A DNA stretch of 64,000 bases from Dehalococcoidia bacterium (lineage in GTDB: Bacteria; Chloroflexota; Dehalococcoidia; Plut-88900), in contig OZ240219.1 in assembly GCA_965197645.1 (NCBI GenBank), forward strand, positions 288,001 to 352,000, given 5' to 3'. This document shows positions 10,083 to 19,742 of the stretch, one piece after another. Position numbers and translations under genes: made by a program. The first letter of the stretch is position 1. Each line of letters opens with the position of its first letter. The notes under the pieces were generated by a model, which saw nothing but the letters and a program-made list of their open reading frames with translations, was not told the origin of the DNA and ran no database searches.

Positions 10083-10225
10083 GAGTTCGTCTCAGAACTC
10101 TATATTGAGGGAGTCCAGAGGGAAGTTTCCCTCTGGCAGGGGGCGTGGGGGATGTTCCCCCAGTTACAAAATCGTCCGAGGGCGGGCGGTTGGGACGATA
10201 ACGTCCGAGCTTTTGCGATGAGTTC
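10083..10225. mobile_element. Degenerate MITE-like palindromic element
   Basis: Imperfect terminal inverted repeats GAGTTCGTCTCAGAA / TTTTGCGATGAGTTC; internal hairpins CCAGAGGGAA..TTCCCTCTGG and TGGGGGA..TCCCCCA. Confidence 0.5.
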
Positions 10226-10237
10226 ATACGACGCATA

Positions 10238-11368
10238 ATGGACAGCATCAAAGACAAGTGCGCCATCATCGGCATCGGCGAAACGGAGTACTCCAGGGAC
10301 TCGGGAAGAAGCGAGTTGGCCCTGGCCGTCGATGCCTCTGCCAAGGCCATTAGTGATGCGGGGCTGAAGCCCCAGGACATAGACGGCATCCTTCGCTTTG
10401 CCGTCGATACCTCCTCCGAAGACGAGGTGATGGCCTGCCTGGGCATCCGGGAGTTGACCTTCTACGGCGAGCTGGGATACGCCGGCAGCGCCGGAGCCGG
10501 GCTGGTGGCCCACGCAGTATCGGCCATAGCTTCGGGGATGGCGACCAACGTGCTCCTCTATCGGGCGATGAACGGTCGGTCGGGTCGGAGGTACGGCGCC
10601 GGTGCGGTGACCGGTAGGGGTGGGGCTGGGGCGACGGCTTTTTCCGAACCCTACGGCCTCTTGGTGCCGGGCCAGCAGGTGGCTATGTACACCCGGAGGC
10701 GTATGCACGACTACGGGACGACCAGCAGGCAGTTCGGCGCGGTGGCAGTGGCATTCCGAAAGCACGCCAATATGAACCCCAGAGCCGTGATGCACGGCCG
10801 GCCCCTGACTATAGAGGACCACCAGACCTCGAGGACCATATACGATCCGCTCAGGCTGTTCGATTGCTGCCTGGAGACCGATGGAGGAGTGGCCCTGGTG
10901 ATAACCTCCGCCGACCGGGCCAAGGATGCTCCCAATCCGCCGGCCTACATCATGGCGGCGGTGCAGAGTCTGGGAGCGGAGGTCGAAGGTCGGGGCTCGA
11001 TGAGGGAATCGGCCAAGGAGCGCTCTGCGAAGCGGGTCTTCGACATGGCGGGGGTCACGCCCAGGGACATCGACGTGCTCGGGCTCTATGATCACTTCTC
11101 TCCCATGGTCGTGTTCACGCTGGAGGACCTGGGTTTCTGCAAGAAAGGCGAGGGCGGCCCCTTCGTCGAGGAGGGGGGGATCGAGCTAGGTGGCGACCTG
11201 CCAACGAATACGGCCGGAGGCCATCTATCGGAAGCCTACCTGCACGCGGTAAACCAGTTCGTAGAGGCGGTTCGCCAGCTCAGAGGCACGTCGACGGCCC
11301 AGGTACAGGACGCCGAGTTGGCCCTCGTGGACAGCGACGGCATGGGTACCGTGATACTCAGGAGATGA
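10238..11368 (+). CDS. Thiolase-fold lipid-transfer protein (Ltp2-like aldolase)
   Basis: AIIGIGET, PLRLFDCCLETDG, LYDHF, NTAGGHLSEAYLH; lacks the thiolase nucleophilic Cys. Confidence 0.85.
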   Translation: MDSIKDKCAIIGIGETEYSRDSGRSELALAVDASAKAISDAGLKPQDIDGILRFAVDTSSEDEVMACLGIRELTFYGELGYAGSAGAGLVAHAVSAIASGMATNVLLYRAMNGRSGRRYGAGAVTGRGGAGATAFSEPYGLLVPGQQVAMYTRRRMHDYGTTSRQFGAVAVAFRKHANMNPRAVMHGRPLTIEDHQTSRTIYDPLRLFDCCLETDGGVALVITSADRAKDAPNPPAYIMAAVQSLGAEVEGRGSMRESAKERSAKRVFDMAGVTPRDIDVLGLYDHFSPMVVFTLEDLGFCKKGEGGPFVEEGGIELGGDLPTNTAGGHLSEAYLHAVNQFVEAVRQLRGTSTAQVQDAELALVDSDGMGTVILRR

Positions 11369-11375
11369 CATTCCA

Positions 11376-11789
11376 GTGGCTTCACCTACCCCTCTCCCTC
11401 TGCCCATCCCCAATCCTGATAATCAGGAGTATTGGGATGCCTGCAAGCGGCACGAGCTTATAGTCCAGCGCTGCTCTAGCTGTCGGGCCTATCGCCATCC
11501 GCCTCTACCGAACTGCTTCGAATGCGGTTCTGGTGAGTGGGAATGGATGAAGTCCAGCGGCCGGGGCACCGTTTACACCTACACCATCACCCACCATCCG
11601 GTCCACCCTGCCCTCCAAGAAAAGGTGCCGTGGACGGTGGTAAGCGTCGAGCTGGAAGAGGGTGTCCAGATCACCAGCAACCTGTTGGACACTCCGCCCG
11701 ACGAGGTGAAGATCGGCATGCCCGTGGAGGTCACCTTCGAGGCGGTAAACGAAGAGATAACGCTGCCCCAGTTTCGTCCTGTATCCTGA
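11376..11789 (+). CDS. DUF35 Zn-ribbon/OB-fold acyl-CoA-binding protein
   Basis: QRCSSC...PP...CFECGS, SGRGTVYTYT, IGMPVEVTF. Confidence 0.9.
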   Translation: MASPTPLPLPIPNPDNQEYWDACKRHELIVQRCSSCRAYRHPPLPNCFECGSGEWEWMKSSGRGTVYTYTITHHPVHPALQEKVPWTVVSVELEEGVQITSNLLDTPPDEVKIGMPVEVTFEAVNEEITLPQFRPVS

Positions 11790-11808
11790 CAAAAGCAGGC
11801 CCCGAACG

Positions 11809-12879
11809 ATGGCGGAGAAATCCCAGGTAGGGAAGGTGCAGACGGTGCTGGGCCCGGTCTCGCCCGACGAGTTGGGCACCACCCTGACCCATGAGCATCT
11901 GCTGGTGGATGCGTCCCACCTGCTGGACCCACCTGACTACGCTAGTGACCGAGACCGCTTCTATGCTCCACTAACCATCGAGCTGCTGGGCTGGCTGAGG
12001 CAGGGCAACGGTGTGAATCGCGAGGTGGCGAGCCTGGTGGACCTGGATGTGGCTATAGAAGAGGCCCGGTATTATCAACGGGCAGGGGGCCAGTCGGTGG
12101 TTGATGCCACCAGCAAAGGCATCCACCGCGATCCGCAGACCCTTGCCCAGATCTCCAGGGCTACTGGCCTGAACGTAATTATGGGCGGGTCCTACTACGT
12201 AGCTGCCTCCCATCCGGCGGACATGAACGATCGGACTGAGGACTCTATCGTGGAGGAGATCGTCAAGGACGTAACGGAAGGGGTCGGCGATACCGGCATA
12301 AGGCAAGGGATCATCGGAGAGGTGGGCTGCACCTGGCCCCTAGAGCCAAACGAGCGCAAGGTGCTTCGAGCTTCAGGTCGGGCCCAGCGATTGACCGGCG
12401 CCCCTCTTATCATCCATCCCGGGCGCGACGAGATGGCGCCGGCGGAGATAGTAGGGGTCCTGAGGGAAGTGGACACCGATATCTCTCGGACCATCTTCAG
12501 TCACATGGAGCGGACCATCTACAGGCCGGAGAACCTGAAGAGCCTGGCTGAGACGGGCTGCATCATTGAGTACGACCTGTTCGGGCAAGAGCACACCATC
12601 TATCCCGCGGCCCCTAACCTGGACATGCCAAACGATGGCCGGCGGCTCGACTGGATAACCTGGTTGATAGAGCAGGGGCACGGCGACCAGGTGGTTATGT
12701 CCCATGACATCGATTACCGGATCTACCAGAAGCGGGGCGGTGGCCACGGAAGGGGGCACATCCTGGAGAACGTTGTGCCTCTGATGCGCAGGAAGGGGTT
12801 TACCCAGGAGCAGATCGACGCCATTCTAGTGGAGACCCCGAAACGGGTCCTGGCCTTCGCCGAGCCGGTCACGGAGTAG
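11809..12879 (+). CDS. Phosphotriesterase-homology protein (PHP/PTE family)
   Basis: VQTVLGPV, TLTHEHL, GIIGEVG, IHPG, SHD. Confidence 0.9.
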   Translation: MAEKSQVGKVQTVLGPVSPDELGTTLTHEHLLVDASHLLDPPDYASDRDRFYAPLTIELLGWLRQGNGVNREVASLVDLDVAIEEARYYQRAGGQSVVDATSKGIHRDPQTLAQISRATGLNVIMGGSYYVAASHPADMNDRTEDSIVEEIVKDVTEGVGDTGIRQGIIGEVGCTWPLEPNERKVLRASGRAQRLTGAPLIIHPGRDEMAPAEIVGVLREVDTDISRTIFSHMERTIYRPENLKSLAETGCIIEYDLFGQEHTIYPAAPNLDMPNDGRRLDWITWLIEQGHGDQVVMSHDIDYRIYQKRGGGHGRGHILENVVPLMRRKGFTQEQIDAILVETPKRVLAFAEPVTE

Positions 12880-12913
12880 CAGGGGACTCTCAACATCGAC
12901 GCCGCTGTTCTGG

Positions 12914-12943
12914 TTGACGGTGCGGAGACGGCCTTGCTATAGT
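12914..12943 (+). promoter_or_regulatory. Sigma70-type promoter of tRNA-Ala
   Basis: TTGACG-N18-TATAGT with extended TG, 11 nt before the tRNA. Confidence 0.65.
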
Positions 12944-12954
12944 CGAAAGCGATC

Positions 12955-13030
12955 GGGGACATAGCTCAGTTGGGAGAGCGCCGCGTTCGCAACGCGGAGG
13001 TCGGGGGTTCGAATCCCCCTGTCTCCACCA
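12955..13030 (+). tRNA. tRNA-Ala(CGC)
   Basis: 76-nt cloverleaf, G3:U70 pair, anticodon arm CCGCG-TTCGCAA-CGCGG, GTTCGAATC, encoded CCA. Confidence 0.96.
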
Positions 13031-13293
13031 ACGCACTCCCTGGATATGGGTGCGGTTTCAGTCCAATTTCACTGTCCTAACCCGGCCGCTGTAAAGAAGA
13101 TCAACTCATTACCGTCTGAAGCGCCGGAAAACCTGACGTTGGCGCAAAAATGGTTGGACCCAAGAGTGTGAGTGTCACGCCCCTCGCTAGCATTGGCCGC
13201 TAGTACCTAACAAGGTCAAGTCGACGGCACCTATTTTCTGGATACTGTGGAGATGAGTGCGTTGGATCCATAGAGCAGGTTCGTTCTTGCCAT

Positions 13294-13989
13294 TCAAGCA
13301 AACACAACGTAGGGAATGTTCCACTGCTTCAGAATGGATGATATGAAATCCATAATCCGGCACATTCGAGAGATTGCCTCTTCGAAACTATCAGCCGATA
13401 AGTTAAACGCCAGCATGGTGCCATCCCCTAGAGGACCTACCGCCCTACTAAACACTTTATTCCGTGACGAAACTGATCGCGGGGTCCAAGTCACCGCCCC
13501 AGGTCCCATTATCTGGCTGAATAAGGACACATACCCATGAGAGAAACCATCACGGTCAAGAAAGACCTTTTCTAGGTCTTCTTGCAACTCTGGCGTCATC
13601 TGAGAACCGAAACAACGCAAAAATTCTTTGCGCAACGGCTCCGAAGATAGAGTTTCAAGCTTCTTAGTCGCGGAAACTCGCAACGCGTTGGGGAAATGGC
13701 TACCGTTCTCTACGGCGTTCAGTTGCCTCAACTTAGCATCCTCATTAATGCAGATTAAAGCGACCATCTGGCTTTGTAGCCAGAGCGTAGCAGTTACGAG
13801 TTTGCCATATCGAGCAAATCCCTCTTTCTCATTAAGCACATACAATAGGAAATGTGGTGGCATGCCATCTACCATAGGTGCCGAGTCGAAGAACATTTTT
13901 TTCCAAGCGCCCTTAGGAGTTAATTGCGGCCCGCGAGTTTTGGGTTCAGTGCTCAACCTCTTGTTTCGTCGTCGTTCCGCCCTGTTCAT
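13294..13989 (-). CDS. Hypothetical protein with HEPN-like R-x4-H motif
   Basis: AGGAG RBS 8 nt before MNRAERRR; RDGFSH; visibly lower GC; lies just 3' of the tRNA. Confidence 0.6.
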   Translation of the reverse strand: MNRAERRRNKRLSTEPKTRGPQLTPKGAWKKMFFDSAPMVDGMPPHFLLYVLNEKEGFARYGKLVTATLWLQSQMVALICINEDAKLRQLNAVENGSHFPNALRVSATKKLETLSSEPLRKEFLRCFGSQMTPELQEDLEKVFLDRDGFSHGYVSLFSQIMGPGAVTWTPRSVSSRNKVFSRAVGPLGDGTMLAFNLSADSFEEAISRMCRIMDFISSILKQWNIPYVVFA

Positions 13990-14500
13990 GTATTGCACTC
14001 CTGAATGAGCTAGGGATTAACCGCGGCAGCCGATCCGACGATACTACCGGAACCGGGCCAACAGGGCGGACGCATCAAGGTCTGGAGGATGGCCTCGATC
14101 TTGGGGAGACCACGCGACCATCGCGATTGCCGGCATAAGGAGTAGACCGATAGTAAGCACTGGCCTGCGACTCTGACTTAAGATATTATACTCCAGCCCA
14201 CACATCGTAACGTCCAGTTAAGCATGTTCCGCACTGTCCTTAGTCAAGAAACAGAAGGAGACATGACGGGAGATGACAACTGATGCCGTGCAGAGATGCT
14301 CTGGTGTTTACCCCCCACGTTAGCACTAATAACTTGAGTCGGGGGACTCAGTATGCTAGCGAACGACCCACCCACAATTGGAAGGGCGTTCTGTCTACAA
14401 TCAACTCTAGTCTATCAGGGCCAGGTATTGGTCAGCAGCAGCGACGCGAAATGAAGATATGGCTGGCTTTGGGGTGTGATGCGTCGTATCATGGGGTGCT

Positions 14501-14860
14501 TTGCGCCACGTCTTTAGCTTCGATATCGATGGCACTCTGGAGGTAGGAGCGCCGCCGGGCCCTATATCGGTGACGCTGATCCGCAGCATCCAGCAGATGG
14601 GACACGTCGTCGGCAGCTGCTCTGATCGCACCCTTGCTCATCAACGAGAGACCTGGAAGGAGCTGGGACTCCAGGAGGACTTCGTGGCGCTCAAGACCGG
14701 TCTTCCCAGCATCCGCGACCGTTTCAAAGCCGGGTCCTACTATCACGTAGGCGACTCGGTGGTCGACCGTATCTACGCCGAAAAGGCCGATTTCACCTAC
14801 GTGACGCCCGACCCATCGGCAGTCGAGGCCCTATCGAAGGATGGAGACACCGGAACATAG
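14501..14860 (+). CDS. Small capless HAD-superfamily hydrolase
   Basis: FDIDGTL motif I, S motif II, HVGDSVVD motif IV. Confidence 0.75.
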   Translation: MRHVFSFDIDGTLEVGAPPGPISVTLIRSIQQMGHVVGSCSDRTLAHQRETWKELGLQEDFVALKTGLPSIRDRFKAGSYYHVGDSVVDRIYAEKADFTYVTPDPSAVEALSKDGDTGT

Positions 14861-14899
14861 GCCGATGGCTCTCAGCCCGTCAGCGAGCTCACCTGCTAG

Positions 14900-16447
14900 C
14901 TACACCACCACCTTGGCCAGGTCTTTCAGTATGGCCTTAGCCGCGTTGTGTCCCGGCGCGCCGGTGATGTTGCCCCCGGGGTGGGTACCCGCTCCGCACA
15001 GGTAAAGCCTCTCGATGGGTGACCGGTAGGGCATGCGCCCAGAGAAGATCTGGCGGGAGTTGATATCGATGTGGCGGATATTCCCGTCGGTCATCCCCTC
15101 CCGAATCTCGATGTCCTTGGGGCTCTGGGCCGTCCAGTCGACAAGAGAGTCTCGGAAGTTGGGGGCGTACTCGGTTATGGCGTCGATGATCTGCTCCCCG
15201 ACCCGTTTGGCCATGGCCGCGTCCCAGGGGCCTTCGGCCGGGTGGGCGGGGTAGTAGTTGGTCCAACAGGACAGGACGTGGTGTCCCGGCGGGGCTAGGG
15301 AGGGGTCGTAGGCCGAAGGTATCTGGATGTCCATTATGGGGCTGTTGGTGAGCCGGCCGTTCTTAGCGTCGTCCCAACTTTGCTGAGCGTACTCCGCCGA
15401 CGGGCAGATTTCGATCATGGCAGCTTCTCGGGGGTCGTAGTCCTCGCCGAGGAAGGCGCTGAAGTCGGGCATCTCCCGAAGGGCGGCCAGGAACTTGACG
15501 GCATTGCCCTCGGTCGAAAGGTTCTCGACTTTTCGGGTGAAACCTTCGTCCAGGTGTTCGGCATCGACCAGCGATAGATAGGTGGACTTGGGGTCTGCGT
15601 TGGAGACGGTGATGAAGCTGCGGATCTCCTCGCCGCTGTCGAGGACGACGCCCCGAGCCATCCCGTCTTCCACGATCACCTTGTCCACCTTTACGCCTGT
15701 CCTGATCTCGACGCCCCGGTCTCTGGCGGAGCTGGCCATCGCCTGGGTGATCTGGCCGATGCCGCCGCGAGGGATGCCGATGTCTTCGGTACGGCTGAAG
15801 GTGCTGCAGTGCTCGTAGGCGATGCTAACGATGCTGCCCGGAGCGCTGGGATCGCCCTCGCCTACCGTGCTTATGTGGGCCCCTTTCATCTGTTCAGACT
15901 CGAAATAACGCTCGACCAGGTCCCGGTTGCTGACGGTAAGCATGGTCTCCCATATCTCTTCGTCCCTGGTGCCCCGCAGGTCCTCGGAGACCTGGGCCAG
16001 CGTGGGGGGATCCTGGAGCCAGTACCGGTGAAGAATGCCCGAGGCCCGCTCCCAGAACTCCTCCCACTGCGGGTAGATCTCGGCGTCATGCGGGGAGAAG
16101 GCTGCGATCTGGGTCAAGTCCTCGTTGTGCCCTTCGAAGAATCCCAGGCTCATGTGTTTGCCATCCGGGAAGGGCCGGAAGAGGCCGTGGGAAGGAGGAA
16201 TGATGTCCAGCCCGTATTCCCGAAGCTTCAGGTCGTCGATGACCTTGCCCTGAAGGAGGTAGACGACGTAGGCGCAGTAGGGCACGAAGAAGCCCGGGTA
16301 GAGCTCCTCGGTCACTATAGCGCCCCCCACTACGTCCTGCCGCTCCAGCATCAGGACCGACAGGCCGTCTTCGGCGAGATAGCCGGCTGTGACCAGGCCA
16401 TTATGGCCGGAACCGATGATGATGGCATCATACTGTGTCTGTTCCAT
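14900..16447 (-). CDS. Phytoene-dehydrogenase-like FAD oxidoreductase (COG1233)
   Basis: IIGSGHNGL, VSNADP, LYLCGAGTHPGG.ITGAPGHNAA. Confidence 0.88.
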   Translation of the reverse strand: MEQTQYDAIIIGSGHNGLVTAGYLAEDGLSVLMLERQDVVGGAIVTEELYPGFFVPYCAYVVYLLQGKVIDDLKLREYGLDIIPPSHGLFRPFPDGKHMSLGFFEGHNEDLTQIAAFSPHDAEIYPQWEEFWERASGILHRYWLQDPPTLAQVSEDLRGTRDEEIWETMLTVSNRDLVERYFESEQMKGAHISTVGEGDPSAPGSIVSIAYEHCSTFSRTEDIGIPRGGIGQITQAMASSARDRGVEIRTGVKVDKVIVEDGMARGVVLDSGEEIRSFITVSNADPKSTYLSLVDAEHLDEGFTRKVENLSTEGNAVKFLAALREMPDFSAFLGEDYDPREAAMIEICPSAEYAQQSWDDAKNGRLTNSPIMDIQIPSAYDPSLAPPGHHVLSCWTNYYPAHPAEGPWDAAMAKRVGEQIIDAITEYAPNFRDSLVDWTAQSPKDIEIREGMTDGNIRHIDINSRQIFSGRMPYRSPIERLYLCGAGTHPGGNITGAPGHNAAKAILKDLAKVVV

Positions 16448-16474
16448 GTCCTCTCCTTTGGCTGGGACGGTTTG

Positions 16475-16852
16475 CTAAGCGTCGGGATCGGTGGAAATCA
16501 CTGCTCGTTTGTGGATAGCGACACCGATCTTCTTGTCGCCTTCGTTGGCCTCGATGGAGTAGGTGAGGCGGTTCCGGTCTATCTCGGTGAGCACCGCCTT
16601 GATGGTGACCTTCCCGCCAATGGCCGTGGGAGCTATGTGGCGCAGACCATCGACGGCGAACCCGACGGTGGTTGCGCCCTCGGGCAGGTAGGGGTCCGAG
16701 GCCTGTATGCAGGTATCCTCCATTACCTCCAGCAGGGCTGGGGTGGAGAACACGTCAGCACCGGGCCGGCCCATACGATTGGTGGTCATGGGCTTGGTGA
16801 TCTCGAAATCCTTTTCGGCGCTCTGGCCCGTTTCCAGTTTATCCAAGTTCAT
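16475..16852 (-). CDS. Hot-dog thioesterase, fluoroacetyl-CoA thioesterase (FlK)-like
   Basis: VFSTPAL..ME, TTVG, HIAPT. Confidence 0.82.
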   Translation of the reverse strand: MNLDKLETGQSAEKDFEITKPMTTNRMGRPGADVFSTPALLEVMEDTCIQASDPYLPEGATTVGFAVDGLRHIAPTAIGGKVTIKAVLTEIDRNRLTYSIEANEGDKKIGVAIHKRAVISTDPDA

Positions 16853-16897
16853 GTCGTAACCTCTCGCTCGGTTATATCTGCCCCTTGGCCAGTCGGA

Positions 16898-17758
16898 TTA
16901 GATCTGACTATACCCGGAACCCGGGTCCTTGGCATCGACGCCGGTGCCCCTGGCATCCGACATCCACCCGAACTCACTCAGGATCTGCTGGCTGTAGGTG
17001 ACGCGCCCGGTGATCTTCTCCTGGGGTTCTGTGGCCAGAAGGAGAGTGGACTGGGCCATCAGGTCCGGGTGCTCACCGGTGGGGTCGTCGATGCCGGTGA
17101 CCAAGTTGTGATAGACGGTACCCGGTGTCGGCACCACCAGGGACGGCGAAAGGCAGGTTATCGAGACGCCGTACTCGAAGACCTCTGCGGCCATGCCCTG
17201 GGTAAACCGCTCCAGGGCGGCCTTCTGAGAGCCGTAGCACACATCGCCCTCGGCTGTCTGTCTCTCCTCGGCGCTGTAGGGGCCCCGGCCCGGGCCGATG
17301 GCCGAGCTGGACGAGATGTTGACGATGGAGCCGGCCTTGCGAGGGATCATGTCCTCCAGGACCAGCTGGCTCAGTATGAAGGGTGCGTGGACGTTGACCG
17401 CCCAGGTTCGCATCCACCGGTTCACTTTGTAGTCTTTTATCGACTCGAAATAGGTGAGGGCAGCGTTGTTGACCAGGACATCCACAGGGCCATAGGCGTT
17501 GTGGGTCTCCTCGATCAGCTTCTCGCAGTCTTCGGGGAGCGATATGTTCACCGCCACGGGCGTGGCCTGCCCTCCATCGGCGTTGATGTCGTCACAGGTC
17601 TTCTGAAGGGAACCCTCGAATATGTGATCGCCCTCTTTCAAGGTCCGCGCTGCGCAGACCACCTTTCCTCCCTCTTTGGCAAAGAGCTTGGCGATGTACT
17701 CGCCGATGCCCCTGCTCGCTCCGGTAACTATTGCTACCTTGCCGTCCAGCTTTCCCAT
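16898..17758 (-). CDS. Short-chain dehydrogenase/reductase
   Basis: TGASRGIG, NNAA, YGSQK. Confidence 0.9.
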   Translation of the reverse strand: MGKLDGKVAIVTGASRGIGEYIAKLFAKEGGKVVCAARTLKEGDHIFEGSLQKTCDDINADGGQATPVAVNISLPEDCEKLIEETHNAYGPVDVLVNNAALTYFESIKDYKVNRWMRTWAVNVHAPFILSQLVLEDMIPRKAGSIVNISSSSAIGPGRGPYSAEERQTAEGDVCYGSQKAALERFTQGMAAEVFEYGVSITCLSPSLVVPTPGTVYHNLVTGIDDPTGEHPDLMAQSTLLLATEPQEKITGRVTYSQQILSEFGWMSDARGTGVDAKDPGSGYSQI

Positions 17759-17771
17759 GCTGCCCTCCTGA

Positions 17772-18713
17772 TTACTCTTCTAGTGGGGATATCTCGTCGA
17801 TGGCCTGTTTGTCTTCGGGCGTAATATGCCACTCGCTGGCCTTCGCGTTGGCCACTACCTGCTCGGGCCGGGTGGCTCCGGCGATGACGCTGCAGACCGA
17901 GGGAACGGCCAGCAGCCAGGCCATGGCCAGCTCGGTTACAGTGTGGTCTCGTTTGGCAGCGAAGGTCTCCAGCTTATCCAGGATATCGAAATTCTTATCG
18001 GTAAGGACCCGCTGCCAGGCCGGGACCTTGGACATGCGGGTGCCCTCCGGCACCGCTTCGCCCCGGCGGTACTTGCCGGTCAGGAAGCCCGACTCCAATG
18101 GGAAGTATGGAATCACGCCTACGCCCTTGGCCTGGCAGAAGGGCACCAGCTCTCGCTCCACCTCTCGCTTTAGCAGATTGTAGTAGGGCTGCTCGGTCAC
18201 GAACTGGGTCAAGTTGCAGGACTTGGCGGTCCAGTTGGCCTCTGCTATCTGCCAGCCGCCAAAGTTGGAGCTGCCGATGTAGCGTACCTTGCCCTGTTGC
18301 ACCAGATCGTGGAGGGCGTACATCGTCTCCTCTATGGGGGTCTCGGGGTCGGGCTGGTGAAACTGGTAGAGATCGATGTAGTCGGTCTGGAGCCGCTTCA
18401 AGCTGGCATCTACTGCGTCGATGATATGCCCTCGCGAGCCGCCGGACTGATTGGGCCCATCTCCCAGTGGCATGCCGAACTTGGTGGCCAGGATGACCTT
18501 GTCCCGCTTCCCCTTCAATCCACGGCCGATTATCTGCTCGGACATGGTCTTGCTGTAGATGTTGGCGGTATCGATGAAGTTGATTCCCAGATCGATGGAC
18601 TGGTCTATGACCCTGACCGAGTCCTCTTCCGAGCACCTGGAGCCGAAGTTGTTGGCGCCCAGCCCGATGGCCGAGACCTTCAGGCCGGAGGGTCCCAGGG
18701 ACCGGTACTCCAT
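17772..18713 (-). CDS. Aldo/keto reductase
   Basis: LGPSGLKVS, DTANIY, ATKF, SLKRLQTDYIDLY; start at MEYRSL after GGAGG. Confidence 0.92.
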   Translation of the reverse strand: MEYRSLGPSGLKVSAIGLGANNFGSRCSEEDSVRVIDQSIDLGINFIDTANIYSKTMSEQIIGRGLKGKRDKVILATKFGMPLGDGPNQSGGSRGHIIDAVDASLKRLQTDYIDLYQFHQPDPETPIEETMYALHDLVQQGKVRYIGSSNFGGWQIAEANWTAKSCNLTQFVTEQPYYNLLKREVERELVPFCQAKGVGVIPYFPLESGFLTGKYRRGEAVPEGTRMSKVPAWQRVLTDKNFDILDKLETFAAKRDHTVTELAMAWLLAVPSVCSVIAGATRPEQVVANAKASEWHITPEDKQAIDEISPLEE

Positions 18714-18835
18714 TGATTCCTCCCGTGAAACGTCTTTGGAGACTTTCGGGCCACATGATAGCCTATGACGCTCAATCAGGAAAGGCGTATCTGTGCCTAT
18801 GCCACGGCATTGACGTTGAGCTGGGAGTAGGACGC

Positions 18836-19219
18836 CTAAGTACCGGTGCGCCACGGGCCGGCAACGGGAATAGCCTCGTCGTCTCCGGGCCAGGGCGGCA
18901 TGGTAGCGATGATGAACCGGAGCGGCCCATCTCCCGTGTTTTGAAACTGGAAATGGACGCCGACAGGGATGTCCAGGCAAACGCCCGGGCCTACGTCTAT
19001 CGTTTCCTCGAGTTCGTCCTGCTTGCGCCAGAACTGACCGGTGCCCTCCAGAAAGTACCAGACCTCCTCGATCGTCTTGTGGGTTATGGCCTGGGATACG
19101 GTGCGAGGAGGGAGGGTGAAGTGGTTCAGAGCACCCCTTGTAGCGTCCACCAGGAGCCGGACCTCAGAGCCGTCCGGGGCGATGGTGTCGTATTCTTGGC
19201 GGAGGCGAGCCGTTTGCAT
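18836..19219 (-). CDS. Cupin-domain protein
   Basis: HxxxEEVWYFLEGTG and PVGVHFQFQN cupin motifs. Confidence 0.85.
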   Translation of the reverse strand: MQTARLRQEYDTIAPDGSEVRLLVDATRGALNHFTLPPRTVSQAITHKTIEEVWYFLEGTGQFWRKQDELEETIDVGPGVCLDIPVGVHFQFQNTGDGPLRFIIATMPPWPGDDEAIPVAGPWRTGT

Positions 19220-19373
19220 CTGCCTGTCCTCACGTGGAGTAGCTAAGGGGACGGGTATGTCCCGTCGGGCCTGACGGTCTGTCGATCAGGCACGTCTATG
19301 CCGGGGATTAGACCACCTGTAATTGGGCCTGTCAATTTGCGCCGCGTGGAGGGAAAAGGGTACCCTCGGTAAG

Positions 19374-19724
19374 ATGACTATCGAATCGATCAGCGCGATA
19401 ACCCTGGCCACCAACGACATGGCCCGTTCGGTGCGGTTCTATCGCACGCTGGGCTTCGAGATGTTGTACGGCGGCGAGAAAGCCCATTTCACCAGCTTCA
19501 AAGTAGGCGCCGGATATCTGAACCTGATAGCCCAGGTCAGGGAGCAGGGGTGGTGGGGTCGGGCGATATTCTACGTTTCCAACGTGGACGATGTGTACAA
19601 GCTGGCCCTACGCGAGGGGCTAAAGCCCGATACGGAACCACGAGACGCCGAGTGGGGCGAGCGGTACTTCCACATCACCGACCCCGACGGCCATGAGCTC
19701 AGCTTCGCGAAGCCGTTGACGTAG
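19374..19724 (+). CDS. VOC/glyoxalase family protein
   Basis: ITLATNDMARSVRFY..LGF, WGERYFHITDPDGHEL. Confidence 0.88.
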   Translation: MTIESISAITLATNDMARSVRFYRTLGFEMLYGGEKAHFTSFKVGAGYLNLIAQVREQGWWGRAIFYVSNVDDVYKLALREGLKPDTEPRDAEWGERYFHITDPDGHELSFAKPLT

Positions 19725-19742
19725 GAGCTGTCCCCTGGCCGC

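Noticed and set aside
14000-14480. Possible integrase remnant or att site in the tRNA-Ala islet
   Set aside because: No tyrosine-recombinase motif or duplicated tRNA 3' end could be identified by eye
15809-17824. 671-aa plus-strand ORF
   Set aside because: Antisense shadow of three well-supported minus-strand genes in high-GC DNA; no motifs
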